DNA of 53,016 nucleotides, the filler included, from Catajapyx aquilonaris (lineage: Eukaryota): the NCBI GenBank assembly GCA_000934665.2. It is 2 parts of 2 records of this genome, joined end to end, with 100 filler letters (N's around TTAATTAATTAA, not from the genome) between each part and the next. Parts side by side here need not be neighbours in the genome. Positions count along the whole stretch, not along the records: positions 1 to 26,456 come from JYFJ02005199.1; 1 more part is not named here. One strand, written 5' to 3'. Below, in pieces: positions 11,162-23,045 of the stretch. Both the position numbers and the translations under genes were made by a program. The notes beneath the pieces were generated by a model, which ran no database searches, was not told the origin of the DNA, and worked only from the letters and a program-made list of their open reading frames with translations. The stretch's first letter is position 1; every line of letters starts with the position of its first letter.

Positions 11162-11707
11162 CAGTGGTGCCTCGTACTTCAAACTTAATTCATTCAATCT
11201 CAAAATTGTTCGAATTCTGAATCAAAAGAAATAATGGAAAGGAATTTCGATAAACTTAAACAGCAAATACACAAATTTTAAGGTAAACATAACACCATTA
11301 AATGCCCTAAACAATAAATTAAAACAATAACATATTAAAATACATAAATACTGTGTAATAACATGAAAATTGCAATTACTGTACAAGTGATGATAGCCTG
11401 TGTGGGGCTGGTGGAGTAGAGGGGAAGGTAGACAGGAAAAGTTACTGATTGAAAGAGGCGTCACCTTCCATCATACAGTATATAACCAAACCCACCAAAA
11501 ATACAACGATAAAAGCACTGAAAACACACAAGCAGCGAGAGCGAGAGATGACTTTGGAGAACAAGAGTTGGCATTCCTGCAGTGAGCTCAAATCCTAGTT
11601 CGAACTTAGAAGCATTGTTCAAACTCTTGATCAAATTTCTCTCGAATTTTGCATTCGAACTCGAGAACGTTCTAAGTCAGTGACCTTCGAAATAGGAGGT
11701 TCTACTG
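11162..11707. mobile_element. Tigger/pogo-like MITE, degenerate
   Basis: TA-CAGTGGTGCCTC ... GAGGTTCTACTG-TA, with subterminal TTCGAA repeats. Confidence 0.6.
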
Positions 11708-11774
11708 TACATGAGTTATCTCTTGATTTCTGACTTACTGTTACAAGTGTGTAAATCCACCCTGCAACACTCAA

Positions 11775-11880
11775 GTACTATATCGCTCAAAAAGATAGAG
11801 ACGATTGGCATTTGATTCAAGTGCAAGTTGCACTTGAGTCAAATGCAAAATCGTCTCTATCTTTTTGGGCGATATAGTAC
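11775..11880. repeat. 106-bp near-perfect palindrome (TIR-only MITE, TA-flanked)
   Basis: gtactatatcgctcaaaaagatagagacgattggcatttgattcaagtgcaa is followed after gt by its near-perfect reverse complement. Confidence 0.85.
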
Positions 11881-12253
11881 ATGTGCAGGCATCACCGTGT
11901 TCGCAACACATGTCTCGGAAATGTTTATAAATCTGACAATCTCACATTGACAGTCCAATGATCTGCCACGTGACGTTGTTCTTACACTCCTGCATGCCAT
12001 TTTTGCTCCAGATAGCTACTAATTTCTGATCTGCACCATCAGCCTTAAAGTATGCAGTGCAGCAACAATGACAATTTCCATGACAAAAGTTATGATTTCT
12101 GCTGCAATTTTCCACCACTCTCCCACTTTTTAAGGCAGTAGGCGAAGCAAAGTGGAGACGCATGGCTTCTAATAGCATGACGCATATTAATAGTTGGTTA
12201 CATGTGCAACTGTAGGTGATTAATCATGTTATGGATGTATAAGGGTACAATTG

Positions 12254-12796
12254 GATGGTGTTATGCAATAATGGGTCAACCCACAAAAAATTTCAAAATG
12301 GAGCTAAGCCCAGGAACATGTAGCTAAAGGATCCTACTTCATTCAGTTAAAATTACACTGGTGAAATCTGCATACTTCTGCCATAAATGACCGAAAAGAA
12401 CACTGAATTAATTTCACAGGTATGACCAGCCCCTAGACACTTCTATCCCAGCGCAATAGAAAAGGCTGATCCGTTATTCCTTCCCGCATCGGCGCTAGTA
12501 AAAACAATGGAATCTTGCTGTGCGTGTCGTTCATTCGCCGCCATAAACTAGCGACCCTGTCGGTACAACTCGTGCTACCAATAGCGTATACCAAGATGGC
12601 CGCAATATGGAGATGTTCACGATCCAGTTCACATCATGGCGACCTCCAGTCAGCGCCACGGCGGGATTGAGTAACGGATCGCAAGATGGCGGGGAGTTTC
12701 CCGACCTATCCTTCTAAGACCGTGGGTATGACCTTCAAAGCTCTTTCTCTCAAAACTGGTCTCGCATGGGTTGACGCATTATTGCATAACACCATC
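12254..12796. mobile_element. MITE with 30-bp TIRs (Sola-like GAT termini) and a probable nested insertion at 12427-12724
   Basis: gatggtgttatgcaataatgggtcaaccca / tgggttgacgcattattgcataacaccatc. The internal segment is flanked by the direct repeat GGTATGAC. Confidence 0.7.
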
Positions 12797-12956
12797 AAAT
12801 CAATCACCTGAAAATGTGACTTACTGTAACTGTCAGGTGATTATGAGGCCATGCCACCATGGATAGTTCCCTACAGTTGTGTTGGTTGCAGTTGCCTGTG
12901 TGACCAGGGCCTTAAATGACTAATAGTGAATACTTCATTTACAACTCTTCTTGCAG

Positions 12957-13233
12957 TAAAGACTGCCATTCACCGGACAGCATTGCTCTCCTAAAGGCGT
13001 CTGGGATCAAGTTCAACAAACACAGGAGGGATGGAATAGATCATAAGACTTTTGCCGAGCTATTTATGACATCGGGCATTTTGTTGAAGGACAAAGTCAA
13101 ATGGCTCACATTCCATGGTGGCTACGATTTCGGGTATCTCATGAAGCCACTAACCGGTCGTGACTTGCCTCCAGAGGAAACTAAGTTTATCAAGCAGATG
13201 AAGACCTACTTTCCTCATGTCTATGATGTCAAG
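12957..13233 (+). CDS. CNOT7: CAF1/CNOT7-family deadenylase, internal coding exon
   Basis: Acceptor ctcttcttgcAG and donor GTaagc. Completes the split Thr codon (ac+t), then KDCHSPDSIALLKASGIKFNKHRRDGIDHKTFAELFMTSGILLKDKVKWLTFHGGYDFGYLMKPLTGRDLPPEETKFIKQMKTYFPHVYDVK. Contains the FAELxMTSG, KWxxFHxGYDFGY and YDVK motifs. Confidence 0.96.
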
Positions 13234-13367
13234 GTAAGCTGGTCAGAGAGCAAGGTGCATGTGATTACTCTATGAACAACACTGTGCAGTAGTTAACATC
13301 TGCAATATCCTACGACTTACAGCAAGCGGTTCTCAACCTTTGCCACATTGGGCCCCCCTGGAAAGTA

Positions 13368-14220
13368 CGAGGGCGAGTCAATAAATAACCTTAAGAGTTG
13401 ATTTACAAATTTGTACTATACATTATGTGAACTATTCTTGCTGTAGGTGGTACGGCCATTTGTGTAGTAGGTATGGAGTGTTTCAGATCCACCATGTGAC
13501 ACCAAGTAGTCAAGTGACAGCTATTTGAAGATGGTGGCCCCACTGGAGGTGTGCACCAGAGAAGAGGAGTTGGATTTTGGGGAAGATGAGAGTCGCCATT
13601 CTTTGCTGGAATGTTTAGTTCTGGCTGGAAGTGATGGACCCAGCATTCATCTCCAGTCATTATACAACGCAAAAAGTCATCTTCTTCCTCCTCGTAAAGT
13701 CAGAGAAGCGTTGCACACGCATCGACACGCAGTTCTTTCAATTCATGCACAATTGCCTGGGAACCCATCTGGCCGACACTTTTGCATATCTCAGGTGCTC
13801 GTGTATGATGACCTGAACTGACCCAACACTCCCACCATTCACATTGATGATTGGTCTTGACAAATAAGCACATCTGCGGCCGCTACAGTCTCGTCCGTGA
13901 CATCAGTGTGTGGGCGACCAGATTGTCGGGTGTCGAGCAGACTTGTCAAGCCTCCCTGGGAACTTCCACGCCCATTCATACACCTGCTGTAGTGATATGC
14001 AGGCCATACTGTGCCTTCATCCGACTGTGAATGTCTGTGGTGCACACCTCCAGTGGGGCCGCCATCTTCAAATAGCTGTCACGTGACTACCTGGTGTCTC
14101 ATGGTGGATCTGAAACGCTCCATACCTACTACACGAATGGCTGTACCACCTACAGCAAGAATAGTTCACATAATGTATAGTACAAATTTGTAAATAAGGT
14201 TATTTATTGACTCGCCCTCG
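13368..14220 (-). mobile_element. mariner-derived fold-back element whose two arms both derive from the transposon 5' end
   Basis: TA TSD and ~185-bp TIRs starting CGAGGGCGAGTCAATAAATAACCTTA, each ending in the start codons MxAPLEVCT. Internal minus-strand remnants D..QSGRP, SARWVPRQL and IMTGDECWVHHFQPE. Confidence 0.92.
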
Positions 14221-14382
14221 TAATTTCAGATATCGCCCCCCCCNNNCCCTCCAACCCAATTAAGGCACGTTCAACTTGTCGTAATAGGGCAAATTAGCAA
14301 AGGCCCTAAAGCCTGCCGCAAGCGATTTTTTTTTATTATTCAAGGTCACACTAGCTTAGGTGAATGTAACTGACAAAGTGCA

Positions 14383-15790
14383 GTGGAATCCACCCACCTC
14401 AGGATCAGGAGGTTCCAAGGCTCACGCATAAGAATGGCGGAGACCTTGAGAGTTTTGGGTCTGCATTTGGACGCTCGCTTAACTTCGATCCCACACGTGA
14501 CCTTAGCGGCTCAGAAGGTAAGGAAGGTATCGGTCGGCTTGTGGAAGGTACCAGGATACAGGTGGGGCTTGTCCCCTCGCAGCATTCTCCCCATGCTCCT
14601 CTTTGGAGCTGACATTTGGGGGCAGAAGGCACATGACAGCAGGATCAGGAGATGCCTCGCTTCGGCCATCCGCCCCTTCCTCCTTTGCCTAGCCAGGGCT
14701 TATCAGACGACCCCTAACCAGCACTTGCTCTGTGTGCTGTGTGGGGTGATCCCACCTGACATACAGGCAAAAATGGCCTGGGAACTTACATGTGAAACCC
14801 GTACATTACAAGAGCAAGGTTTGCTAAGATCAAGGGTTGCTGTGGGCGTTGGTGGCGCCTGCAGCTGCACGAGTGGGAATGGGAGGATTTCCGTAGTGAG
14901 GGAGACATTTTCATTTTTACGGATGGGTCCGTTGTGGATGGTGGGGCTGGTGGTGCCATCGTGGTCCTTGATCGTTGCTCTCGGGTGCTGCACATGGATA
15001 GCGTCCCTTTTGTTCCGTCGGCCAACATTTTTGACATTGAGCTGTTCATGATTATGAAGGGTTTGGAATTGGCGTCCGTCAGATTTTCTGGCATTTCTGT
15101 CTGGATTGTTTCAGACTCAAAGTCGGCTCTGCAAACCATTGCGAACCCACACACCGAGTCCTCCCATGCATTGCAGCCACGAGTATTTCTCGATGGCACT
15201 GGGGGTAATTTCCAGCTTTGTTGGGTCAAAGCACATGCGGGATTCAAGGCAATGAGTTGGCCGACTCAGAAGCTAAACTGGCAGCCACTCGAGTCTACGG
15301 ACGTCATTTCCTGCCGGCGTGTCTCTCCTCGCTTCGATTGCGACACTTCAGAGTAGCTCTAGATTCTTGGCAGACGAGGTGGGACATTGTGGATACCAAT
15401 AAATGGATTTATGGGCACGTGACCCGGATGGTGTCCAGCCACGGGCCCTTCCGAGCTTACCTGGTCCATTTCCGGCGGTTGAATGCTGGGGATGCGGCTC
15501 TGTGCCCGTGTCACTGTGGACAGGGGAGTCAGGATGCCGCTCACGTGATCTGGGCCTGCGCCCTCCCAGAAATGACGGGGGCCCGAAGACTGCTCAGGAG
15601 CGCTGCAGTGTTAGGCTGGCCCTGCTCACGGACTGCCCTGGTGACTCGCGTTTGGAAGATGTTCAACACCTTTTGTCTATGGGCGGACGCAGTGCTGTCG
15701 GACATAAATGCCTAGCTTCAAGGCGGGACACTGGACTGGGGCCTGTGGATGCGTATGCAAGTACTGGAGTAGGGTTGGGACTTTGGGCAT
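14383..15790 (+). mobile_element. 5'-truncated non-LTR retrotransposon (R1/I-group) with RT C-terminus, RNase H and CCHC zinc knuckle; frameshifted
   Basis: RT end: LRVLGLHLDARLT, LLFGADIWG, ARAYQTTP. RNase H: FTDGS, IVSDSKSALQTI, WVKAHAG/IQGNELADSEAK. C-terminus: SHGPFRAYL...CPCHCG..DAAHVIWAC. Confidence 0.9.
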
Positions 15791-16419
15791 TCAGGGCATT
15801 GCTTCCTCCTCACCCTCCCCCCTATTTTTTCTTCCATACTTGTTTTTGCTTTTTAAAATCTTAAAATTTGCATACATTTACAGAAAAACTTGCATTAAAA
15901 TGTATACATTACGGTAATATTTCACAATAGTGAACTATTAGATTTTCAGATCTTATTTGGCTCACTTCGTTTCATTTTGGAATGTAAAAGTAATTTCTCT
16001 AACTTAAATTCTCTTAAATCGTGCTATTTGGATTTGGGTTCCTTTCGTGAGGACAGTAAATGTAATTCTTGATTTTGATTAGCTATTGCATAATTGTGGA
16101 TGATGAGATGATGATGGATGGTTGCCATGACTCTGACACAGCAGGGGTCATAAAAAACGCCCTGCTACTCATAACAGTGGAGGTTTATTACAGCGAAAAG
16201 GGTGAAAATTCCCAAAGGGACATCTAGAGCTGTGATGACACCAACCCTGATGAATTTCTCACACCGTTGACATATGTTTCAGAACATTTAGCAAATGTCT
16301 ATTCAGAGCAACGATTAACCCCAAGTTTAAATTATAATTATTTTTTTTCAGGAACATGCAGGCATGAATGGGAATATCTTACTTCAAATTCAAAAATTCT
16401 GATTTTGTCCAGGGTTTTC

Positions 16420-18952
16420 CGAACCTAGATCACTGTGCGCCGGGTCCAACCGGTCACTTCCCTTAAAAATGGAAATCACCTTGGTTTGGCCCCAAGCGGC
16501 AGGGATATCCGATTCAGCCAGTGTTCTGTTCAGTAAACGAAGCAAGACCGCTAACAGCCTGGGAGAGGGGATACTCAGGATCTGATTCGAGAGACCATCA
16601 TGTCTGGGAGCCGATCGTACATTCAGCGATTGAATGCATTTACGAAGCTCCAAATTCGTTATCTGGTCATCTAGCATCGGGATAGATTCTGCAGGCGTGG
16701 GCAATAGTGGTAGACGGGTCAAATCAGGAGCGTGATAGAAAGACGTGAGATAAGATATCCAGATTCCATGGTCCAATCCCTGCAAATTGTCTTGTGTGTT
16801 TTTTAACTAGAGACCAGAAAACCATCAGATTTTTTGATGCCAGCATATGTTGGTCTGTAGTTGAGTAATACAGTTTTTCTTTTGCAGAGATTGAAGTTTT
16901 ATATTTCCTAGCCTCCTTGAGGTAGAGCTCCCGATGTGCGGGGAGGGCTTACGCTGCCAGCGATGCAGAAAATACTTCACTTGGGCACGCATTGCTTTTA
17001 GTTGATCGTCAAACCACGATTTATGGCGTTGGGCAACAGGGGAATGGCACGTTTGGCGTAATATACCCTCCTCCTCCAGAACTTCCAGTGTAGTCGTAGA
17101 AAATAGTTGATCCGTTTCTGGGAAATCGATATTTGACCAATCACATACCTCCAGTTTACTATCAATGATCGGTATAATTGCGTCCCAGTCCGCAACCGGT
17201 ACCACTACTACAAGCTTAGGCCGATCTCGTTGTACTGGCTTGTACAAAGGGGCGGTGTGGTGTCAAAACGAAAGGTGGCCACTAGTGGCAAATGACCAAG
17301 ACACCTTTAACATGAAATTCATTCAGAAATGTAAGCAAATAATGAGACAGCAGCACGTAATCCAGTACACTTCTTGGATAAATTCAATTAGCAATTTCCC
17401 TCTTGAGTTTAAAGTAACGTCCTGGGAGGTACGTGAAGAGGTCAGCATAGGTAGAATGCAATCAAAAGTAGGTGGGAGGTGTTTTCGTACAGCCCCATCC
17501 TTGCATTAAAATCTCCCATAGATAAATTGGGCCTGGGAATCGAATGGCGCAATTTGGGTTTTAATCTCATTGATCTCCATCACAAAAGTGGCATTGGGGG
17601 GTAAATAAATTAAACCTACAATTAGGACAGTTAACGGAGAGCAACAGCTAGTAAATAAAAAAGTACAGCATGAATTTGACCACAAATGTTTGAATTGTAG
17701 TTCTTTCGCACATGCTACAGTTAAGCCACCTGGAGGTCGGCCAAATTTGCTCTGTTTAGTTGTGCAAACCTGGAATAGTTGCATGCCTTGGGGAGGAGTA
17801 GTAATAGTTTCCATCGACCATGTCTCCATGACGCCCAAACAAGCCAAGCCTGTGGAACCCCTTGACAAGCACTGCACCAAACAAAACATTTGTTAGGGGC
17901 TGCACTGCAGGGGCCATCAACATATATTAAGTGGAGCACTAAGGTTGACACCATCACCATGAACAGACTCTAACCCGGAAATACCTTCCTCACTCACCAC
18001 CGCACTATCCCCCAAAGGAAACTGGAACACTGGCTCTATATTGGGGAAGAAACCATTCGCAAGCGCATCTCCGGCGTATTCTCATTCAGCAGAGGACCTG
18101 GCCATTTCATGTGTGGATGCCTTCTTAGCCATTGCAGATGCATTGGTGGTCGGAGAGGCTGAGGGAAGCCGTTTGCCGTTCCTGATCAAGCTGCCTCCTC
18201 CTCCCATCCCCACGCATTGCCTCAGCATCAGTTTGACCATCCAAGTCCAATGTGAATGGGATCAGGTTGCCTTCGGTGTCGATCTTACGGCGGCATCCGT
18301 TGATCCAGAGTTTGTCATATGAGAGTCTAGCCATCTCACCTCTTGAATGAGCCGCCTTAAAGTGGGGAAGAAGCTCTCTCCTTATCTTCCTCGTCGCCAT
18401 GCTGAAAACTTCATTGATCCTTTTAAGTGCTTGGCTTGGCGCAGTATAGTATCTTTGCCCCTAGGTTTCCTACCCATTCTATGCACCCGTTCAATAGAGG
18501 GGGGATGAGTGGCATGCGGCAGCAACCCATATTCCCTAATACAATGGAGGACCTTGCGCTCTGAAGCAGACCAGGCCTCATCTGGAAAATCCAGAAGTCC
18601 ATAGAACACAAGGTTATTCCTGCGCTGTCGATCCTCCAATTCCCTATTTTGGTCTTGTAAACCCTTCACTTGTTCACAGCACGCCAATTTGTCTGTCCAT
18701 GTCGCTCACCCTGTGATCGGCCTGGGTCAGCTTCTCGTTCAGGTGGTCGACCTTAGCTGCTAGTGGGGCTACCACCTCCAGTTGAAGTTGATGCTTAAGA
18801 TCCGACAGCAGGCCCGACTTGAGGTCATCCAGCAGCGGCTTAAGTGATGCGACGGTCAAAGGAGGATCCATGTTACTGCCCGTCTCAGCCTTATCACGTG
18901 TAGCAGAGCTCAACCTCGGCACGTCCGCCCTATCTAGGGTGCTTCGCCACAT
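16420..18952 (-). mobile_element. LINE (CR1/L2-group-like) with ORF1, APE endonuclease and the start of RT; degenerate, 3' end missing
   Basis: ORF1: coiled coil, ELEDRQRRNNLVFYGL, IERVHRMG, RLSYDKLWING. ORF2: GVMETWS, LIYLPPN, KSWFDDQLK, SAPRHDGLSN, IPAAWGQTKVISIFKG. Confidence 0.88.
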
Positions 18953-19111
18953 GGAATTAAAATATATTTATGGCTAATAGATTTTTTCAAAATTGATCAG
19001 CCACATTTAATGGTGTTATTTATTAATAAATTAAAATGTGATAATATTGTTTATTTAGAACTCATTATGATAAAAATTTCAATTCGATTCATGTAAACTG
19101 GCTTTAAAATT

Positions 19112-19965
19112 CAACAACAACACCAACAACAACAACTTCACGACATTTCCCTATGAGGGGTAGTCAGCGATGAAGGGAGACGCAAGCTAACCCAACATAT
19201 GAACTATAAAACTCATGATAATGAACCTAAAAACAACCTGTCCCACCCCGCACCCCTGCCCACCTCAGACATCACCTTATCCTCAAACATATTTACCTAT
19301 TTACCCATTAATTAACCTACGCCATTTACACCTATCCAAACAAACAACCCTAGCCTCATCCACGTCCATGGTCCTATTGACACATGAACGTCTCGGCTTA
19401 ACACTAGCAACACCCTTAAGACTCTGACCCACCTGGTCCAACCATGTCTTCCTAGGCCTACCCTTGCCCCTCTTACCAACTACTCCTCCCAAATAAACCT
19501 TCTTCACAATCTCCTCCTCCTTCATCCTCTCCACATGGCCAAACCACCTTAGAGTAGACCTACACACCTTATCTTTAACAGTCTCCTTAACATTACACCT
19601 CTCCAAAATCTCCTCATTCCTAATCCTATCGAACTTGGTAACCCCACAAACAGACCGGAGATAACGCCACCGGTCTCCCTGCTCTTATGCCTATCTGACC
19701 AGACCCACGCTTCACTACCATACATAAGTGAAGGAACAATAACGTGAGAATAGACCTACAGGCCGAAGATAAGTCCTTATTTCTCGAAAACTTACTTGTG
19801 GCACCTATTACTTTCAACCCAGAACTAACTCTCCTGTCTATTTCCCCATCAATTCTACCATTACTCTCAAGGACACTACCCAGGTATGCAAACTGGCTGA
19901 CCTGCTCAACCAGTTTTCCTCGTACCTGCAACGTACAAGGAGAAACCTGCTGTCCCCTCTCAAAT
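19112..19965 (-). mobile_element. 5'-truncated RTE-clade LINE with (GTT)n tail
   Basis: VEQVSQFAYLGSVL...DGEIDRRV and LRWFGHVERM..EEIVKKVY.G.V.GKRGKGRPRKTWLDQV. (CAA)n at ~19112-19136 on +. Confidence 0.9.
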
Positions 19966-20359
19966 ACCAATACCCATTCAAAAAAAAAAAATCCTTCATT
20001 CAAAAGTGCACAGAATATTTCAAATCTGCATGGGATTATAAATTAATGTTTTTTGATTCCATGGTAGATTTTTTGCAATTAATGTCAATACAGGTTTTGG
20101 GTTCATTATTAAAATTTACGTCTCGCCAAGTAAGGAATAAACGTAGTGACAGCAATTTTTACCAGACCCCACAAAAATTGTCAAATTAACTTCAACTTTA
20201 GTATCCTCCTAGCGCTATTGTTACTATTCATAATTATTCATTCTATGCATTCTTCAATGCGTGGATCATAATATGCATTGAGTGGCCCGATTCTAACATG
20301 TGGCCTGCAGTCTTTTTTATCTTTGAGGCTTTGGGCTTTGAGCCATGGTGTGTGTGGGT

Positions 20360-20577
20360 GGACGCGCTTGCTATCCTTGTGAGGAATTTTGTCAGTACGA
20401 GGTAGTTTTCCTGTACCTCATAGTGAACACACGCCTCACAAGGATAGGGAAACATCGAAAAATACATCATAAAGACAGTAAAAATATATTTCACCAAAAT
20501 TTCGTGTTTCCTTGTAGGTTAGGTTAGTTTTAAATTTTAAATTTTGGAAAAACCTCACAAGGATAGGAATGCGCGCC
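20360..20577. mobile_element. Small MITE within a (TG)n tract
   Basis: ctatccttgtgagg (20371) is inverted with cctcacaaggatag (20434, 20553). TG repeats flank both sides. Confidence 0.6.
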
Positions 20578-20953
20578 TGTGTGTGTGTCCCCCTCCCAAC
20601 CCATTCCATTCATCCTGATGTGTGGGCTGCCTGCTTGATGGGACAGTTCTTTTTGAAATGTTGATACCAATGACTGGTACAACCAATGCTACTCCAGACA
20701 GTGATGTGGAATGGGCCTGTCACTAATTATACAAAGTTGGTTGACTTGGTAGTTAAGTCTCAAGATGCACTCGTACAACAAGCCTTCTTGTAACTACAGA
20801 ATTTGTGCTATAAACTTGCAGTTACCTAAGTTCTAGTCAGCCTATTTTTAACTTACATTTGTACAATATTGGCCCTTATTGATTTCTCCATGTAAATGAT
20901 TTAAAGGTTTGTTCTGACTCGTTTTTTTTCAAATCCCTTTTGCCAAAACGCAG

Positions 20954-21094
20954 GTCATAGTGGAGACTTGCATGGAAATCAAGTCAAGCTTGCAGGTGGT
21001 CGCTGACAAGCTTCAGTTGACAAGGATTGGTACACAGCATCAGGCTGGCAGTGATTCTCTCCTCACTGGTGAGGTATTCTTCAAGGTACTACAG
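20954..21094 (+). CDS. CNOT7: CAF1/CNOT7-family deadenylase, internal coding exon
   Basis: Acceptor aacgcAG and donor GTgagt. 141 nt, phase 0/0. Translates VIVETCMEIKSSLQVVADKLQLTRIGTQHQAGSDSLLTGEVFFKVLQ, containing the HQAGSDS catalytic H/D motif. Confidence 0.95.
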
Positions 21095-21487
21095 GTGAGT
21101 GGATATGATTGGGAGAACATACTGTACCTAATTTTTGCTGTGGTGATAGGGCCAAACAGCTGCAGAGAGAGAGAGATTTGTTGCAGGGAAATTATGAGAG
21201 TGAATCACAACTTGTTTATTTCCACAGCTTCACACCAGAAACTGAAATCTTCCAGAACTCAAATCTTTCATAACTCAAAATAACTCCAATCCTTCATAGG
21301 ATTAAGCCGTTGGGCCAAGTCTGTTTCTAATCTTAGACAATGGGTGGAATTTTCCTCCTACTGCTAGTTACTGATAACTTAGCAGTAACCATCTCCAGCA
21401 TACATCTCCAGCTGCAGTGGGATGAAAATTCCACCCATTGTCACCATACAGCACATGGATCGAGAAAAAAAAGTCTTACAGAACAAC

Positions 21488-21850
21488 TCTGTCTGTCTGT
21501 GGACAGGTATTTGCGAGACAGACAGAGCCATGCTACAAGACTTTTTTTCGATATTCGAGTTCCGGGTTCGCTCTATCCATCCATTCTCCCCAGACCGTCC
21601 CTATCCCCCTGACCTCCCAAACCCCCCGCTGCCCCCTCCCCCTCCCCCTTTCCTCCCTCCTACCACCTCCTCCCTCCTACACCTGATACCTCCTACCACC
21701 GGATACCTGTCCACAGATGGACAGACGGATGGACAGAGCCATGCTATAAGACTCTTTTTTCAATGGATGAGAAAAGGTCTAAAAGATGGGTTTGCTAGGA
21801 TAGATTTTTTAAAGGGGGTAGGAGGAGGGAAGGGGAAAGGGGTAAGTCCA
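21488..21850. repeat. Helitron/DINE-like fragment
   Basis: gacagagccatgcta.aagact.tttt occurs twice (~21521, ~21732). ctgtggacaggtat is inverted with atacctgtccacag. GACA-type microsatellite traces are present. Confidence 0.45.
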
Positions 21851-21859
21851 CTTTTGGCC

Positions 21860-22160
21860 GAAATGAGTTATGGGTGGTTTCAGTCCCAGTCCCGTGACGG
21901 ACGTTGGGGACAATAGCAGTAAACATGAAAAAGTCTACTGTAATCACACTCACTTGATTTGCCAATCTTGTTTTTCCATGCCACTGCAGAAAAAGCGTCA
22001 GGCTGGCTGGGAAGCCAGTGGCATACTGCCTCTTTCACTTCCTCAATATCACTGAAGTTCTGACCAACCAATTGGTATGAAATGATAGTCTTAACCATGG
22101 TCTACCATCTCTTAGGACCAAAAATGAAGTACGGGAGACCGGGTCACAGTGGTCCTTTAC
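21860..22160 (-). mobile_element. mariner transposase C-terminal remnant
   Basis: Minus-strand LVGQNFSDIEEVKEAVCHWLPSQPDAF resembles the mariner GxxFxxxEEVKxAVxxWL segment. Confidence 0.65.
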
Positions 22161-23045
22161 ATTTAAAAAATATAAGAAACTGGAATAACATCTCATCTGG
22201 TACCTCATGAAACAGGTCACTATTGTGCATCTGGCCAACATGTCAGCCACTTCTGTATCAGGGGAAATATATTTGCAGGGTAGTGAAGTTACTTCTAACC
22301 CACAGTTTAAATGCCATGCCAGGCATAGATGCTGGGCATGACCCTGATGTAAAATTGTTGTTGAATAGTGCCATCCTTTGTCCATAAATGCTAGCAATTT
22401 AGAAAGCGTCATTTGCAGGGAAGCTATGATTCATAACATCATGCCAGTTGCTTCCCTCAGGACTACTGACGCTCTCTTTATCTTTCTCTCGATACCTCTT
22501 TGTGGCGACCGTGTCCCCTTTTGCCACAGCAATTAATGTCATCATAGGTTTACTGAATATCTGAACCTGCAACGAGCATATAATTTTTGCATTTGAGTTG
22601 AGTCAGTCACTCCTCATTGCTTACTAAAATTTTGCCTAATTTATTGAAGTCATTCGTTGTGCTGGTAATTCTTATATTTGAGTTTGGGTGTCACTGCTCC
22701 TCAATTCTGCAAAGATATGTGACTTTTACACCATTGACCAGTAGGGTCGCCACATATTGTAGCAGTGAAATGTCTCATGGCGCTCTCAAGTGAGCACCTC
22801 ATGCAAAACGCCCCTGCAGGCGATAAGAGGGAGTGATCAGACCTTAGTATTCTAAGACCATGGACTAGACAAAGAGGTATACCATCATCATCCGCATGCA
22901 GTGCTAGTCTTATTTTGTTGATGCTGTTCTTCCCTTTCTTGCTCTCCTTGTTTTGCTTAAATGTTCGCTGTTTGCTTACCGGGTATAACTCAAACCTTCC
23001 TGGAACCCCTTCCTCTAATACTCTGATACTCATTTGTCTTCACAG

